This document shows positions 29,746 through 38,511 of a stretch of DNA of 64,000 nucleotides, one piece after another. The DNA comes from a virus (lineage: Duplodnaviria > Caudoviricetes): positions 12,727-76,726 of IMG/VR virus record IMGVR_UViG_3300002835_000119. One strand, 5' to 3'. Made by a program: the position numbers and the translations under genes. Within the stretch, counting starts at the first letter, position 1. The number at the start of each line of letters is the position of its first letter. Below the pieces are notes generated by a model. It saw only the letters and a program-made list of their open reading frames with translations. It did not search any database and was not told the DNA's origin.

Positions 29746-30079
29746 TAACTATCGATACGTAGAACAGCACATCGGATTCTCTGAGTGGCTACAGGCCTAT
29801 AAACCTCAACCGAATCACATCAACCCCCAGGCGCGGCTAAGCGGCCTGCTATACGAACATGACGGCCCGGAATGGGATCACATTGTCCAGCTGCCGGTTC
29901 AACAGTTCTGGACCGTATACGACGACAACGGCACGCTCATGATCCGCAATGGATACCAGGTACGCGGACGGATCGGATACGTTGTTACGCACAGCATGCA
30001 CAATGCGCACGGGACTGTAATGATCGACGGCCTGACCCAAGAGATGTTGGATCACCGGCTCGGATCTGAAGAGCACTAA
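29723..30079 (+). CDS. hypothetical protein, paralog of 37840-38226
   Basis: Shared W..P..N..N..YE..G.E...WT...GY..R.GY pattern. Confidence 0.7.
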   Translation: MSKEFNIDNYRYVEQHIGFSEWLQAYKPQPNHINPQARLSGLLYEHDGPEWDHIVQLPVQQFWTVYDDNGTLMIRNGYQVRGRIGYVVTHSMHNAHGTVMIDGLTQEMLDHRLGSEEH

Positions 30080-30080
30080 T

Positions 30081-30202
30081 ACTTTTAACGGTTCGTGAAT
30101 GGGCCGAAGGGACCACAGGGCCCACAGGGACCACATGGCCCGCAGGAACTTTTAACGGTTCGTGAAAAGTATAGATGGCAGCGACTGAAGAAACTTTTAA
30201 CC
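30081..30202 (+). repeat. 19-bp direct repeats flanking a 9-bp tandem repeat
   Basis: ACTTTTAACGGTTCGTGAA at 30081 and 30148, partial copy at 30193; five GGNCC-containing 9-mers between the first two. Confidence 0.85.
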
Positions 30203-30388
30203 GGCGAGCGCCGATTTGACAAACCGGCCTGCATGCAGTAAGCTCCTAATAACTTCTCAAAGAAAGGAACCTCATGACCGAGACATACACGATTACCCGC
30301 CTAGAAGGTTGGACGGACGAGCAGTGGAACGAGATTGTCGAAGCTGTTGAAGACACGGTTGTTGCTGTAGCGCGAGACCTAGGACTGG

Positions 30389-30610
30389 ATGACTAAGCTC
30401 ATCTCACCGAAGCAAGCCGCTAGGTTGGTCCACGTTTCTTACCCAACAATTCGCTATTGGGTAAGAACGGGACGCCTAAAAAAGTACCCATACCCAATGT
30501 CCCAGCGATCAAAAGAAATTTACAAACGGGACGCCGGCGTGCGTTGGTTCTTAGTTAGCGAAGAAGAAGTTAGATCAGTCGCTGCCGGCAAACTTTTTAA
30601 CATTCATTAA
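30389..30610 (+). CDS. HTH (excisionase/MerR-like) protein
   Basis: ISPKQAARLVHVSYPTIRYWVRTGRL. Confidence 0.8.
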   Translation: MTKLISPKQAARLVHVSYPTIRYWVRTGRLKKYPYPMSQRSKEIYKRDAGVRWFLVSEEEVRSVAAGKLFNIH

Positions 30611-30687
30611 AAGTATAGATCTAAAACTTTTTAACACGCCGAAAAATAAATAGTTGACAGAAAAGTTTTTTATGCTACAGTGACTGC

Positions 30688-31410
30688 ATGGACCAATTAC
30701 TTAGATCTAAAGATCGCAAAGTTGCGAATTCGATTATGCCATCCGGCAAACAACCAAGGATCGCTAATACGTTCGGCCTGCCGGCGGGAGTCGAGTACTC
30801 ATGCCCGGGCGCTACTAGTATCTGCAGCAAGATCTGCTACGCCGGTAACCTCGAGAAGATCTACAAGGGCGTTAAAGAAAAGCTGGTCCACAATTGGAAC
30901 TTACTGAAGGACGCGGATCTCCAGACCATGGTCGGCCTGCTTGATGCAATGATTAATGAATTCGAAGCGGACTGCGAAAAGTGGGAATCCGAAAAACTAT
31001 TCCGCATTCACTGGGACGGAGATTTTTTCAACATGGATTACGTACGGGCCTGGCGTGAAGTGATCGAACGGCACGCGGATGTTCAGTTCTGGGTTTACAC
31101 GCGTACACACTATGCGGTGCCCGAATTGATCGGCCTGCCTAACCTGGGACTCTATTTCTCGACGGATGACGATAACCTGGAGCTAGCGGATGGGCTGAAG
31201 AAAACATACGGCGTGAAGCTAGCGTACCTGTCGAAAGATTTCGCGGCTGGCCAGGCTGTGATCAAGAGCATGACGGGACGGCCTGGAGCTAAGTGTCCGG
31301 AGAATAAAAAAGCGCTACCGTTGATATCTGGAGAAGGGTCCGCGTGCGTACGGTGTGAGCTGTGCATCTTCCAGAAGACGGACGTGGTCTTCAGCGCTAG
31401 CAAAAAGTAG
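30688..31410 (+). CDS. gp88-like radical-SAM-related Fe-S protein
   Basis: FGLPAG..SCPGAT..C...CYA, FRIHWDGDF, FWVYTR, C-terminal CP...C..C.LC. Confidence 0.8.
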   Translation: MDQLLRSKDRKVANSIMPSGKQPRIANTFGLPAGVEYSCPGATSICSKICYAGNLEKIYKGVKEKLVHNWNLLKDADLQTMVGLLDAMINEFEADCEKWESEKLFRIHWDGDFFNMDYVRAWREVIERHADVQFWVYTRTHYAVPELIGLPNLGLYFSTDDDNLELADGLKKTYGVKLAYLSKDFAAGQAVIKSMTGRPGAKCPENKKALPLISGEGSACVRCELCIFQKTDVVFSASKK

Positions 31411-31435
31411 AGTCTAATCAATGCACCAACGGTGA

Positions 31436-31753
31436 TTGTATTCTAGAAGGGTGCGATCACTAGAAGTACATTTATTCGAAACGGAGCGAGACGTTGATCT
31501 CGCGATCAAAAGTGGTACCGCGCTGCCGGAGCAGATCGCGAGTACTAAGTGCATAGACTGCAGCGACGCCGCCGGCTATGATCATGAAAATTTCCATCCA
31601 TTCATTTTGGTGATCGACGAAAATGATCAGGACTGGATTTTGTGTTGCGATTGCGCGGGACCCATTCTTAGTTATGTTGACGCATTCTTTCCTCCGGTGG
31701 TTCGGAGCCACTTTGCTCATGATCTGGATGACGACGATCTCGATCTTTTTTAG
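31436..31753 (+). CDS. small Cys-rich protein (start uncertain)
   Basis: CIDC...CCDC. Confidence 0.55.
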   Translation: MYSRRVRSLEVHLFETERDVDLAIKSGTALPEQIASTKCIDCSDAAGYDHENFHPFILVIDENDQDWILCCDCAGPILSYVDAFFPPVVRSHFAHDLDDDDLDLF

Positions 31754-31770
31754 CGTTATGAAATTGTTAT
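31754..31770 (+). promoter_or_regulatory. YGTTAY direct repeat, 11-bp period (first of seven copies)
   Basis: Also at 38880, 39720, 41334, 44104, 44711 and 45197, always upstream of a promoter. Confidence 0.75.
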
Positions 31771-31848
31771 ATAACTGATCCCGACACGCCTTGCGTTACT
31801 CGACCCTTTCCGATAAGCTCGGGTTTGTTCGAGAAACGAAAGGATAAA

Positions 31849-32472
31849 ATGACTACTCTCGCACCTGCCGCTGTCGTATCTACAACTCCCGAAGTTGTCG
31901 GCAAGGCAATTTATTTAGAAGTAATACCTGTATTGGACGCAGAAGGAAAACCAATTATTCCGTGGTATGGGGGTAAGGATAATGTGAAGCAAATAATTAT
32001 TTTCCCCCGAGGAAAAGACGCAACTGGCAAAAATGTTGAGCCATACATTTACGATAGGACTATCTCTAAGCACTATCCAAAAGCACAATGGAATCGCACT
32101 CAGATTCACCCAACCCCAAGTAGGACAGAGTTCGCCGCTAATGGTGAAACTAGCTATCGAGGACTTACACTCGAAGCACCAACTCCTGCCGAACTAGAAA
32201 CTTTGCCAGAGGAAGTCCAAAAGGAGTTCTACGCTAATGGGATCGAAATGCGGCTGTATCAAGAGCTAATGTATGAGAAATCCACGCACAATTCCGAAAC
32301 TGGAAACTATGATGTTGTCGCACTCCACGCTTGGAAAGTTGTTCGCAAGTTCGTAGTCGAAATTACAGACAAAGACCTATCAGACATTTACAATTACAAA
32401 ACTCCGCAGGCTGTAATTCGCAGAATAACAAAAGTTCGAGTATCGCTCGGACTGCCAGAAAAGTTAGTTTAG
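31849..32472 (+). CDS. hypothetical protein
   Basis: GAAAGGATAAA SD before ATG 31849. Confidence 0.8.
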   Translation: MTTLAPAAVVSTTPEVVGKAIYLEVIPVLDAEGKPIIPWYGGKDNVKQIIIFPRGKDATGKNVEPYIYDRTISKHYPKAQWNRTQIHPTPSRTEFAANGETSYRGLTLEAPTPAELETLPEEVQKEFYANGIEMRLYQELMYEKSTHNSETGNYDVVALHAWKVVRKFVVEITDKDLSDIYNYKTPQAVIRRITKVRVSLGLPEKLV

Positions 32473-32496
32473 AGTTAGTCAGGAAAGGATAAGAAA

Positions 32497-33564
32497 ATGA
32501 CTACAAAGGTAAGCGTTCCAAAAGAGTTCGCAACAACTGAAAACCCAGAGTGGGAAGCACTAAAATCATTAGTTTTGGAAGCTGGTGTCCAAAAAACACT
32601 AGCGACCCCAGAGCTAGACAAGCTACTACCTGTATCAGGCAGAGCAACCCTAAGAGCAACCCCAACTAAAAAGTCTGGTGGCACTACTGCTAAAGTAGAA
32701 TCAGCAGACGAAGTTGATGTTGTAATCGAGGAACAAGTTTTGGTAGAACAAATTAGCGTGGAGAACCTAATTGGTGACGAAGCGTATGAGCGACCAAATG
32801 GAGAGCTTTACTATGCTCGAAATTGGGAAGGTCACTCCGACATAGAAGTTCTACGCAAAGCACGCAAAAACAATTCCTATGTTCTACTTTATGGAAATCC
32901 TGGAACTGGTAAAACTGCCGCAGTCGAAGCCGCTTTCCCAGACGAACTTTACACAATTCTCGGTTCTGGTGATACAGAAGTTGCCGACCTAGTTGGTTCT
33001 TATGTTCAGACCCCTAGTGGCGGTTTCGAGTGGATTGACGGAAGTTTGACTAAAGCCGCAGATGAAGGCAAAGTTCTACTGATTGACGAAATTGGTTTGA
33101 TCGACCCAAAGGTTCTTTCGGTTGTCTATGGACTAATGGACGGCAGACGAGAGCTAGTAGTAACTGCTAACCCTGAGCGTGGCACTATCAAAGCCAAAGA
33201 AGGGTTTTATGTTGTCGCCGCAACTAATCCGAACGCCCCAGGAGTTCGACTAAGTGAAGCACTACTTTCCCGATTCTCGATTCAGGCAGAAATGACTACT
33301 GACTGGGCAAGAGCCAAAGCACTTGGAGTTCCGAACGCCGCAGTTGTCGCCGCCCAGAACTTGTCTAAGAAAATGGAAAATGGTGAAACTAGCTGGTCGC
33401 CGCAAATGCGAGAGCTACTAGAGTTCCGTAAAAACGCAGAAGTGTTTGGAACTATGTGGGCAGTTCGCAACTTGCTTGCCGCCGCACCTGAAATCGACAG
33501 ACCTATTGCCGCAGATGTTTTCGCTCGAGTATTCGGCGAAGCAGTCTTGCCCGCCAGAATCTAG
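32497..33564 (+). CDS. MoxR/CbbQ/CobS-type AAA+ ATPase
   Basis: GNPGTGKT, LLIDEI, AATNP, EALLSRF, SPQMREL. Confidence 0.92.
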   Translation: MTTKVSVPKEFATTENPEWEALKSLVLEAGVQKTLATPELDKLLPVSGRATLRATPTKKSGGTTAKVESADEVDVVIEEQVLVEQISVENLIGDEAYERPNGELYYARNWEGHSDIEVLRKARKNNSYVLLYGNPGTGKTAAVEAAFPDELYTILGSGDTEVADLVGSYVQTPSGGFEWIDGSLTKAADEGKVLLIDEIGLIDPKVLSVVYGLMDGRRELVVTANPERGTIKAKEGFYVVAATNPNAPGVRLSEALLSRFSIQAEMTTDWARAKALGVPNAAVVAAQNLSKKMENGETSWSPQMRELLEFRKNAEVFGTMWAVRNLLAAAPEIDRPIAADVFARVFGEAVLPARI

Positions 33565-33572
33565 GTGAGCTA

Positions 33573-35378
33573 ATGGCACACTACAAGCCAGAACGCAGAG
33601 CAACTACTCGCAAAAACGAAATGTTGCCAGAGTGGTATCGAGTATCCTCACAACTTGGTCAGCTAGTCAATGGTTGGTCAGGTCGAAGTGACTTGGCTGT
33701 TTATTGTGGAGAGAACGCCGCAGAGGGCGAAGCTATTGCGGCACTTTATCACGATTCAGCCGAAATCGAAGTCAATGTAACTAAGGCTTTCGGTTTCGCA
33801 ACGCCAGACCAATTAGGCAACTTGCTCGACAAGAATACGCACTACGACAACCCCAAAGCTATTGGAGTTATCTATCACGAAGCACTACACGCTCGACACT
33901 CGAACTGGGATAGAGAACTGCTTACCAAAGAGCTAGACGCAAGTGAATCGAGAGCATTTTTATTGCTCGAGGAAGTTCGTATCGAAGCTCGAGGAATTAT
34001 CGAAGTTCCAAAGAATAAATTGTTCTTGAGAGAATCAGCACTTGCTTTCGCACTAGAGGAAGTCAATGAAGCAACACTCCAAAACATTTCCCAAGTCTGG
34101 CAGTCAGGTATGCTCGCAGTTTTAGCTATGGGTAGGTTTGATGTTGGAATCTTGGAACTAAGTGATGTTCGACTAATCCACGCACGCTTGATCGAAAATC
34201 TTGGTCAGGAGTTGTTTGATAACCTACGCAAAATCTGGATTGAGTTTGCTGGACTAAAAGTTTCCCAAGTAGAGCGAGGTATGGAACTTGCTCGAGAGTG
34301 GGTAAAACTAATGAAGCAGGCAGACCCAGAGGGCGAGAAGCAGTTTGGAGAAGCGAAACCTGTCGAAGCTGGCGAAGCTGGTGAGAGTGAGCAGTCTGGT
34401 TCGCTGTCGGAGTTGCTAAGTGAAATGGCAGACCAAGTTGGTTTCGACAATGCGGAAAGTCTGGCAGACCAAAAGACACTCGAGGAGTGGGAACAAGAAG
34501 CTAAGTCGAGAAGTCAGACTGCTAAGAATCGTAATCTAAAGAAGCAGACTGCCCAGAAAATCTTTGATAAGCAAAATGACGCAAAAGGTTCTGGCTCGAA
34601 CTCCGAACTAAAGGAATCGAGAAACCCAACTCCGCAGGAGAGAGCCGCCGCAGTTACTATCGCCAAGATGTTAGAAAAGGCGAAGTATCGTGAGAGGTCA
34701 CTCCACGAAGTTCGCTCGACAATTCCGCAGGGCAGACTAAACGCTAGAGCCGCAGTCCAAAATGCGGCACTTGCGGCTCGAGGTTCTATCGAGAGAGTTC
34801 CTGCTTGGGATAGGAAAGTTCGCAAGCACACAGACGACCCAACACTACGGCTCGGAATTATGGTAGATGTTAGCGGTTCTATGTATAACGCTATGGAAGC
34901 TATGGCAACTACGGCGTGGGTAATGGGTGAAGCTGGTCGCCGAATCCAAGCCAAGACCGCTATGGTGTATTACGGCTCGGGTGTATTCCCTACACTCCGA
35001 GTTGGACAACGGCTCGACCAAGTTCGAGTATTCACCGCCGCAGACGGAACTGAGGAGTTTCAGGACGCATACTCCGCAATAGACGGAGAGCTTGGACTGA
35101 CTTATGGTGACGGCGTGCGTATGTTGGTAATTGTTTCAGACGGACAATACCGACCAAGCCAAGTCGAAGCAACACGCAAAGCACTAATCGAGTGTAAGCA
35201 AAACGGCGTGGCTGTCTTGTGGATTACGCCAAAGGGCTTGTGGGGATACACGGCTCGCCAGATAATCTCCGAAGCCAACTGGGGTATTCACCTAGACGGC
35301 TTGGAAGTATCAGAGATAGCGTTACAGGTTGGTAAAGCCGCCGCCGAAGCGTTAGGCAAGGTGAGCGTAGCCGCCTAA
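33573..35378 (+). CDS. CobT-like protein: HExxH region plus von Willebrand A domain
   Basis: YHEALH, LEEVRIE, DVSGSM (MIDAS), IVSDG. Confidence 0.88.
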   Translation: MAHYKPERRATTRKNEMLPEWYRVSSQLGQLVNGWSGRSDLAVYCGENAAEGEAIAALYHDSAEIEVNVTKAFGFATPDQLGNLLDKNTHYDNPKAIGVIYHEALHARHSNWDRELLTKELDASESRAFLLLEEVRIEARGIIEVPKNKLFLRESALAFALEEVNEATLQNISQVWQSGMLAVLAMGRFDVGILELSDVRLIHARLIENLGQELFDNLRKIWIEFAGLKVSQVERGMELAREWVKLMKQADPEGEKQFGEAKPVEAGEAGESEQSGSLSELLSEMADQVGFDNAESLADQKTLEEWEQEAKSRSQTAKNRNLKKQTAQKIFDKQNDAKGSGSNSELKESRNPTPQERAAAVTIAKMLEKAKYRERSLHEVRSTIPQGRLNARAAVQNAALAARGSIERVPAWDRKVRKHTDDPTLRLGIMVDVSGSMYNAMEAMATTAWVMGEAGRRIQAKTAMVYYGSGVFPTLRVGQRLDQVRVFTAADGTEEFQDAYSAIDGELGLTYGDGVRMLVIVSDGQYRPSQVEATRKALIECKQNGVAVLWITPKGLWGYTARQIISEANWGIHLDGLEVSEIALQVGKAAAEALGKVSVAA

Positions 35379-35393
35379 CCGCAACCGACAAGT

Positions 35394-35496
35394 TTCCGAG
35401 TGGGTATGTTTCTTATCCTTTCTGCCCACTCGGAACCCAACGGGTACCCACTGGATCAACTTCCTTCCTTTCTAATTTGAGGTCCGGTGGGTACTC
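35394..35496 (+). ncRNA. two hairpins with anti-Shine-Dalgarno loops (3' of the AAA/VWA operon)
   Basis: 13- and 16-bp stems; loops contain TTTCTTATCCTTTC and CTTCCTTCCTTTCT. Confidence 0.65.
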
Positions 35497-35547
35497 TCAT
35501 TTCTGCTGCAGAGCCGGAATATAATCCGCGGCGCTCGCGATCAGTAC

Positions 35548-35576
35548 TTGACTAATGGGGATCAATGCGCTAATCT
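35548..35576 (+). promoter_or_regulatory. sigmaA-type promoter with no downstream ORF
   Basis: TTGACT-17-TAATCT. Confidence 0.7.
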
Positions 35577-35581
35577 TTTTC

Positions 35582-35656
35582 TGTAGGGCAGAAGCCGGTG
35601 CGGCTCGCTGAAAAGAAGTGCGATTCTAGATCAAGAACTTAGTCCCCTACATTTTT
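35582..35656 (+). ncRNA. candidate 70-nt four-way-junction small RNA
   Basis: TGTAGGG/CCCTACA closing stem with three internal hairpins, own promoter, T-run. Confidence 0.5.
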
Positions 35657-35695
35657 AGATCCGGCCCGGCTTTTTCGACACGCCGCAAAAAAGAT

Positions 35696-35724
35696 TTGGA
35701 AAATGTCGGCCATCCTGCTACACT
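35696..35724 (+). promoter_or_regulatory. promoter with ATGTC spacer element
   Basis: TTGGAA-17-TACACT; CGACACGC at 35676. Confidence 0.7.
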
Positions 35725-35753
35725 TTTATCACCCAAAGGAAAGGATAAAAATT

Positions 35754-36272
35754 ATGGGTATGGATGTTTATGGTAAGAACCCTAAGTCGGAGATGGGCGA
35801 GTATTTCCGCCGCAACGTTTGGGGATGGCATCCCCTCTGGCAGTATGTGGAAGATACCCATCCAGAGATTGCGGAACTGGTCGAGTATGCTCACAGCAAC
35901 GATGGCGATGGTCTTGGCTCGGAAGACTCTAAGAAACTTGCCGAGTTACTTTTGGCAGACTATGAGTCTGGCGAGGCTTTTCGCTATGTCGAAGAACGCA
36001 ACAAGTATCTTTCGGAGTTGCCGCTTCTTGATTGCGAGTGGTGCGATGCTACTGGTATTCGAACTGATGAAGTTGGTATCAAAAATGGTTTCCCCGATAA
36101 AGAACTCTCTTTTGAAGTTCAGGCTATAACTGATAGAACTACTGGCTACTGCAATGGCTGTAATGGAGTTGGCAAGCGACAGCCCTGGGAAACCAATTAC
36201 TATCTTGAGCCAGATGATGTAAAAGAGTTCGCTCTCTTCCTAAAGGATTGTGGCGGCTTCGAAATTTGCTAA
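35754..36272 (+). CDS. conserved phage protein with DnaJ-like Zn-finger insert
   Basis: MGMDVYG..YFRRNVWGWHPLW..HSNDGDG..CxxC..CxxCxG..FLKDCGGFEIC; paralog at 46169. Confidence 0.8.
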   Translation: MGMDVYGKNPKSEMGEYFRRNVWGWHPLWQYVEDTHPEIAELVEYAHSNDGDGLGSEDSKKLAELLLADYESGEAFRYVEERNKYLSELPLLDCEWCDATGIRTDEVGIKNGFPDKELSFEVQAITDRTTGYCNGCNGVGKRQPWETNYYLEPDDVKEFALFLKDCGGFEIC

Positions 36273-36289
36273 ACCAACCCTTCGGGGAA

Positions 36290-36317
36290 ACACCTGGGCA
36301 GGTGTCTAAACTGCCCA
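36290..36317 (+). other. compact H-type pseudoknot motif
   Basis: ACACC/GGTGT stem; loop TGGGCA pairs with downstream TGCCCA; similar element at 41257-41287. Confidence 0.55.
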
Positions 36318-36360
36318 ATTTTTTATGCCGCAAAATGGATCGCGGCACGCCGAAAATAAT

Positions 36361-36389
36361 TTGCAAAATGTCCGGCCCCGTGCTAACGT
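36361..36389 (+). promoter_or_regulatory. promoter with ATGTC spacer element driving a non-coding unit
   Basis: TTGCAA-17-TAACGT. Confidence 0.7.
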
Positions 36390-36395
36390 GGATCC

Positions 36396-36492
36396 ACTAG
36401 GAAAGGTCATTCCTTCCCTTCCTAGTTTCTTGTGTGGTTGGTAGAGAGCCCCGCCGGCTTTTATTTGTTTTCACTGGCGGGGTTTTCTTTTT
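36396..36492 (+). ncRNA. stand-alone sRNA with anti-SD/anti-AUG loop
   Basis: ACTAGGAA/TTCCTAGT stem with loop GGTCATTCCTTCCC, then terminator; no + strand ORF. Confidence 0.65.
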
Positions 36493-36544
36493 GACACGGC
36501 TTGCTTTTGATCGATCACTGTGTTAGTGTTATGGCAAGGAAAGG

Positions 36545-36976
36545 ATGATCATGAAAAGTAAATTGTTTGATGTAAATGTTTATGTGATCGACGGCGTGGT
36601 CAATGTGATCTTTTATAAATTGATCTACTCCGACGCACTGAACGGATCTGTTGTTGGCGCGGACACTAGTGAAAGTGGCGAGGCAGGCAGGCTAGCGATC
36701 AACATTCATTCGCAAGACTACGACGAGATCGAAGCAATCCGCTACGCGCTGGATTGCGATAGCTATGACGATCGACCGCTGAACGAGTGGGAGGAGTTTG
36801 ACGAGTGGAATACGAGCGAGTGGTTTATGCAAGGGGATACTCCAAAAATTTTCCGCGATTTTGCGAACGGCCTGCAAGAATACGAGCCAGAAATTGGGCA
36901 CGCCTGGGAACCATTCACCGAGCACGGTGAGACGACGCGCACGGTGTTCCGTTGCAGGTGTGGAGCGTCAGCATGA
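36545..36976 (+). CDS. hypothetical acidic protein
   Basis: GGAAAGGAT SD. Confidence 0.7.
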   Translation: MIMKSKLFDVNVYVIDGVVNVIFYKLIYSDALNGSVVGADTSESGEAGRLAINIHSQDYDEIEAIRYALDCDSYDDRPLNEWEEFDEWNTSEWFMQGDTPKIFRDFANGLQEYEPEIGHAWEPFTEHGETTRTVFRCRCGASA

Positions 36977-37263
36977 GAATACCGACACGGATACTAAACG
37001 CGGGACGCTGGATCTTGCCTGGACTAACGGATCGAGGTGAGATCTCAGCTTGTCGCAGGTGTGGTAATCAGGTGATCTTTGACGGACACTTAGTTTCGCC
37101 CGGATACGCGGCGTACTGCCCCTGGCACGACGAAGACCTTTACAGAACTGAGATTGTAGATTACGACTTTACAAGTTGGAGAAAATCCATAAAAATTTTT
37201 GCGGCGGAGATTGACTTTCGCTCAAAAATAGCTATACTAAAAATGCGACTAAGGAAAGGATAA
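36973..37263 (+). CDS. hypothetical protein with CxxC/CxxH
   Basis: ATGA coupling; CRRC...CPWH. Confidence 0.55.
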   Translation: MRIPTRILNAGRWILPGLTDRGEISACRRCGNQVIFDGHLVSPGYAAYCPWHDEDLYRTEIVDYDFTSWRKSIKIFAAEIDFRSKIAILKMRLRKG

Positions 37264-37268
37264 AAACT

Positions 37269-37628
37269 ATGGGCGCACGAACAACTTGGGAAATTAGAAC
37301 CTATGAGGGTTCCCCATCTATTTACCTATACTCACACTGGGGCGGAGAGTCTAAGTGGGAGCAAACTATTCGAGCTATGAGAATTTGCGAGCCGCGCTGG
37401 GGTGACCCTAGCTATGGAGCGCGAATTTTTATCAGCACCATAATCGGAAATCGGTGGGAGAGTGAAACTGGTTTTGGAATTACTGCTGGTGCAGCTAACG
37501 ATAATCCATTCGAGGAAGAATACTTACCAGTGATTATAGATTTTGGTAGGCAGGTAGTCGAGACGCCTTACTCAATTCATAATTTTTCTGATTTTAGTGG
37601 AGAAAAAGTAAGTTTTCTGCTAACCTAA
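37269..37628 (+). CDS. conserved hypothetical phage protein
   Basis: MGAR...IYLYSHWGG...RWGDPSYGARI; GAAAGGATA SD. Confidence 0.8.
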   Translation: MGARTTWEIRTYEGSPSIYLYSHWGGESKWEQTIRAMRICEPRWGDPSYGARIFISTIIGNRWESETGFGITAGAANDNPFEEEYLPVIIDFGRQVVETPYSIHNFSDFSGEKVSFLLT

Positions 37629-37630
37629 AC

Positions 37631-37703
37631 TTACGCGGGTCGAGCGCCCCCCCAATCTGCTCTCCGCGTAACGAGCCCCTGGTTTCCCCCAAACTAGGGG
37701 CTC
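37631..37703 (+). other. two hairpins with C-rich loops
   Basis: TTACGCGG/CCGCGTAA and GAGCCCCT/AGGGGCTC stems. Confidence 0.6.
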
Positions 37704-37839
37704 AACCATTTATGGTGGAGTTTTGCTGATCAGCATTTTTTAGAAAATACGATCAGTTGCGCCGCGGCGACACGCGGAAAAAATAATTTTGTTTTTTGTC
37801 GCCGGTAGCCTTATACTTTAGTTAGAAAGGATACACACT

Positions 37840-38226
37840 ATGAACTATGAAACCTGGAGCAACACTTTCACCCCTATCGAGAATGTTCTGAATAGCAACG
37901 CTCCTTATGGTGGCACTATGTATGAAACTTATGGCAGCGAGTTGGATTTTGTGAAAGCTACAGACCCACAAAAAATTTGGACGCTCAGAGAAGAAGATGG
38001 TTCGCTATCTATCACTGCCGGTTATGGCTGGGTAAATCGACTTGGTTATTTCATCACTGCTAATTCTTGGACCAACACCAACGACAGAATTATTCTCTCG
38101 GAAGAAGTCCAATGCGACTGCTACAAAGAAGATGGCTATCTTGATAAGTTTGGTGGTATCCAAGATGGCGACCCCGATTGCGATAAGTGCGAGGGTTATG
38201 GGCGATACGAAAACTATCTGGGCTAA
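37840..38226 (+). CDS. hypothetical protein
   Basis: GAAAGGATA SD; own promoter TTGTTT-17-TATACT. Confidence 0.8.
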   Translation: MNYETWSNTFTPIENVLNSNAPYGGTMYETYGSELDFVKATDPQKIWTLREEDGSLSITAGYGWVNRLGYFITANSWTNTNDRIILSEEVQCDCYKEDGYLDKFGGIQDGDPDCDKCEGYGRYENYLG

Positions 38227-38316
38227 AAACTAAATTCCGGCGACACGCTGGAAAATCCAATTTGACAATATCCAAAAAAACGACTATCATCAAACTATCA
38301 ACAGGAAAGGATAAAA

Positions 38317-38502
38317 ATGACAATTCAAGAAATTATCGAGGCTATCAAGGAGCGAGCTAACGAGGCCGAAGAGTGTATGCGAATTTCCGAGGCTAATGGC
38401 TACGAGGAATACGATTATCACGAGGGGCGGTTCGAAGCCTATTCAGTTCTAGCCACTTGGCTTGAGGCACAATTTTTTGCTGGTTCGCCAATTTCTAAGT
38501 AG
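38317..38502 (+). CDS. hypothetical protein
   Basis: TTGACA promoter and GAAAGGATA SD. Confidence 0.75.
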   Translation: MTIQEIIEAIKERANEAEECMRISEANGYEEYDYHEGRFEAYSVLATWLEAQFFAGSPISK

Positions 38503-38511
38503 GATAAGACT

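Noticed and set aside
30081-30202. CRISPR array
   Set aside because: Only two full 19-bp repeats, unequal spacers (48 and 26 bp) and no cas genes in the window; kept only as an unexplained repeat.
35582-35651. tRNA or hammerhead ribozyme
   Set aside because: Lacks TTCRA T-loop and D-loop GG, and lacks the CTGATGA/GAAA catalytic core.
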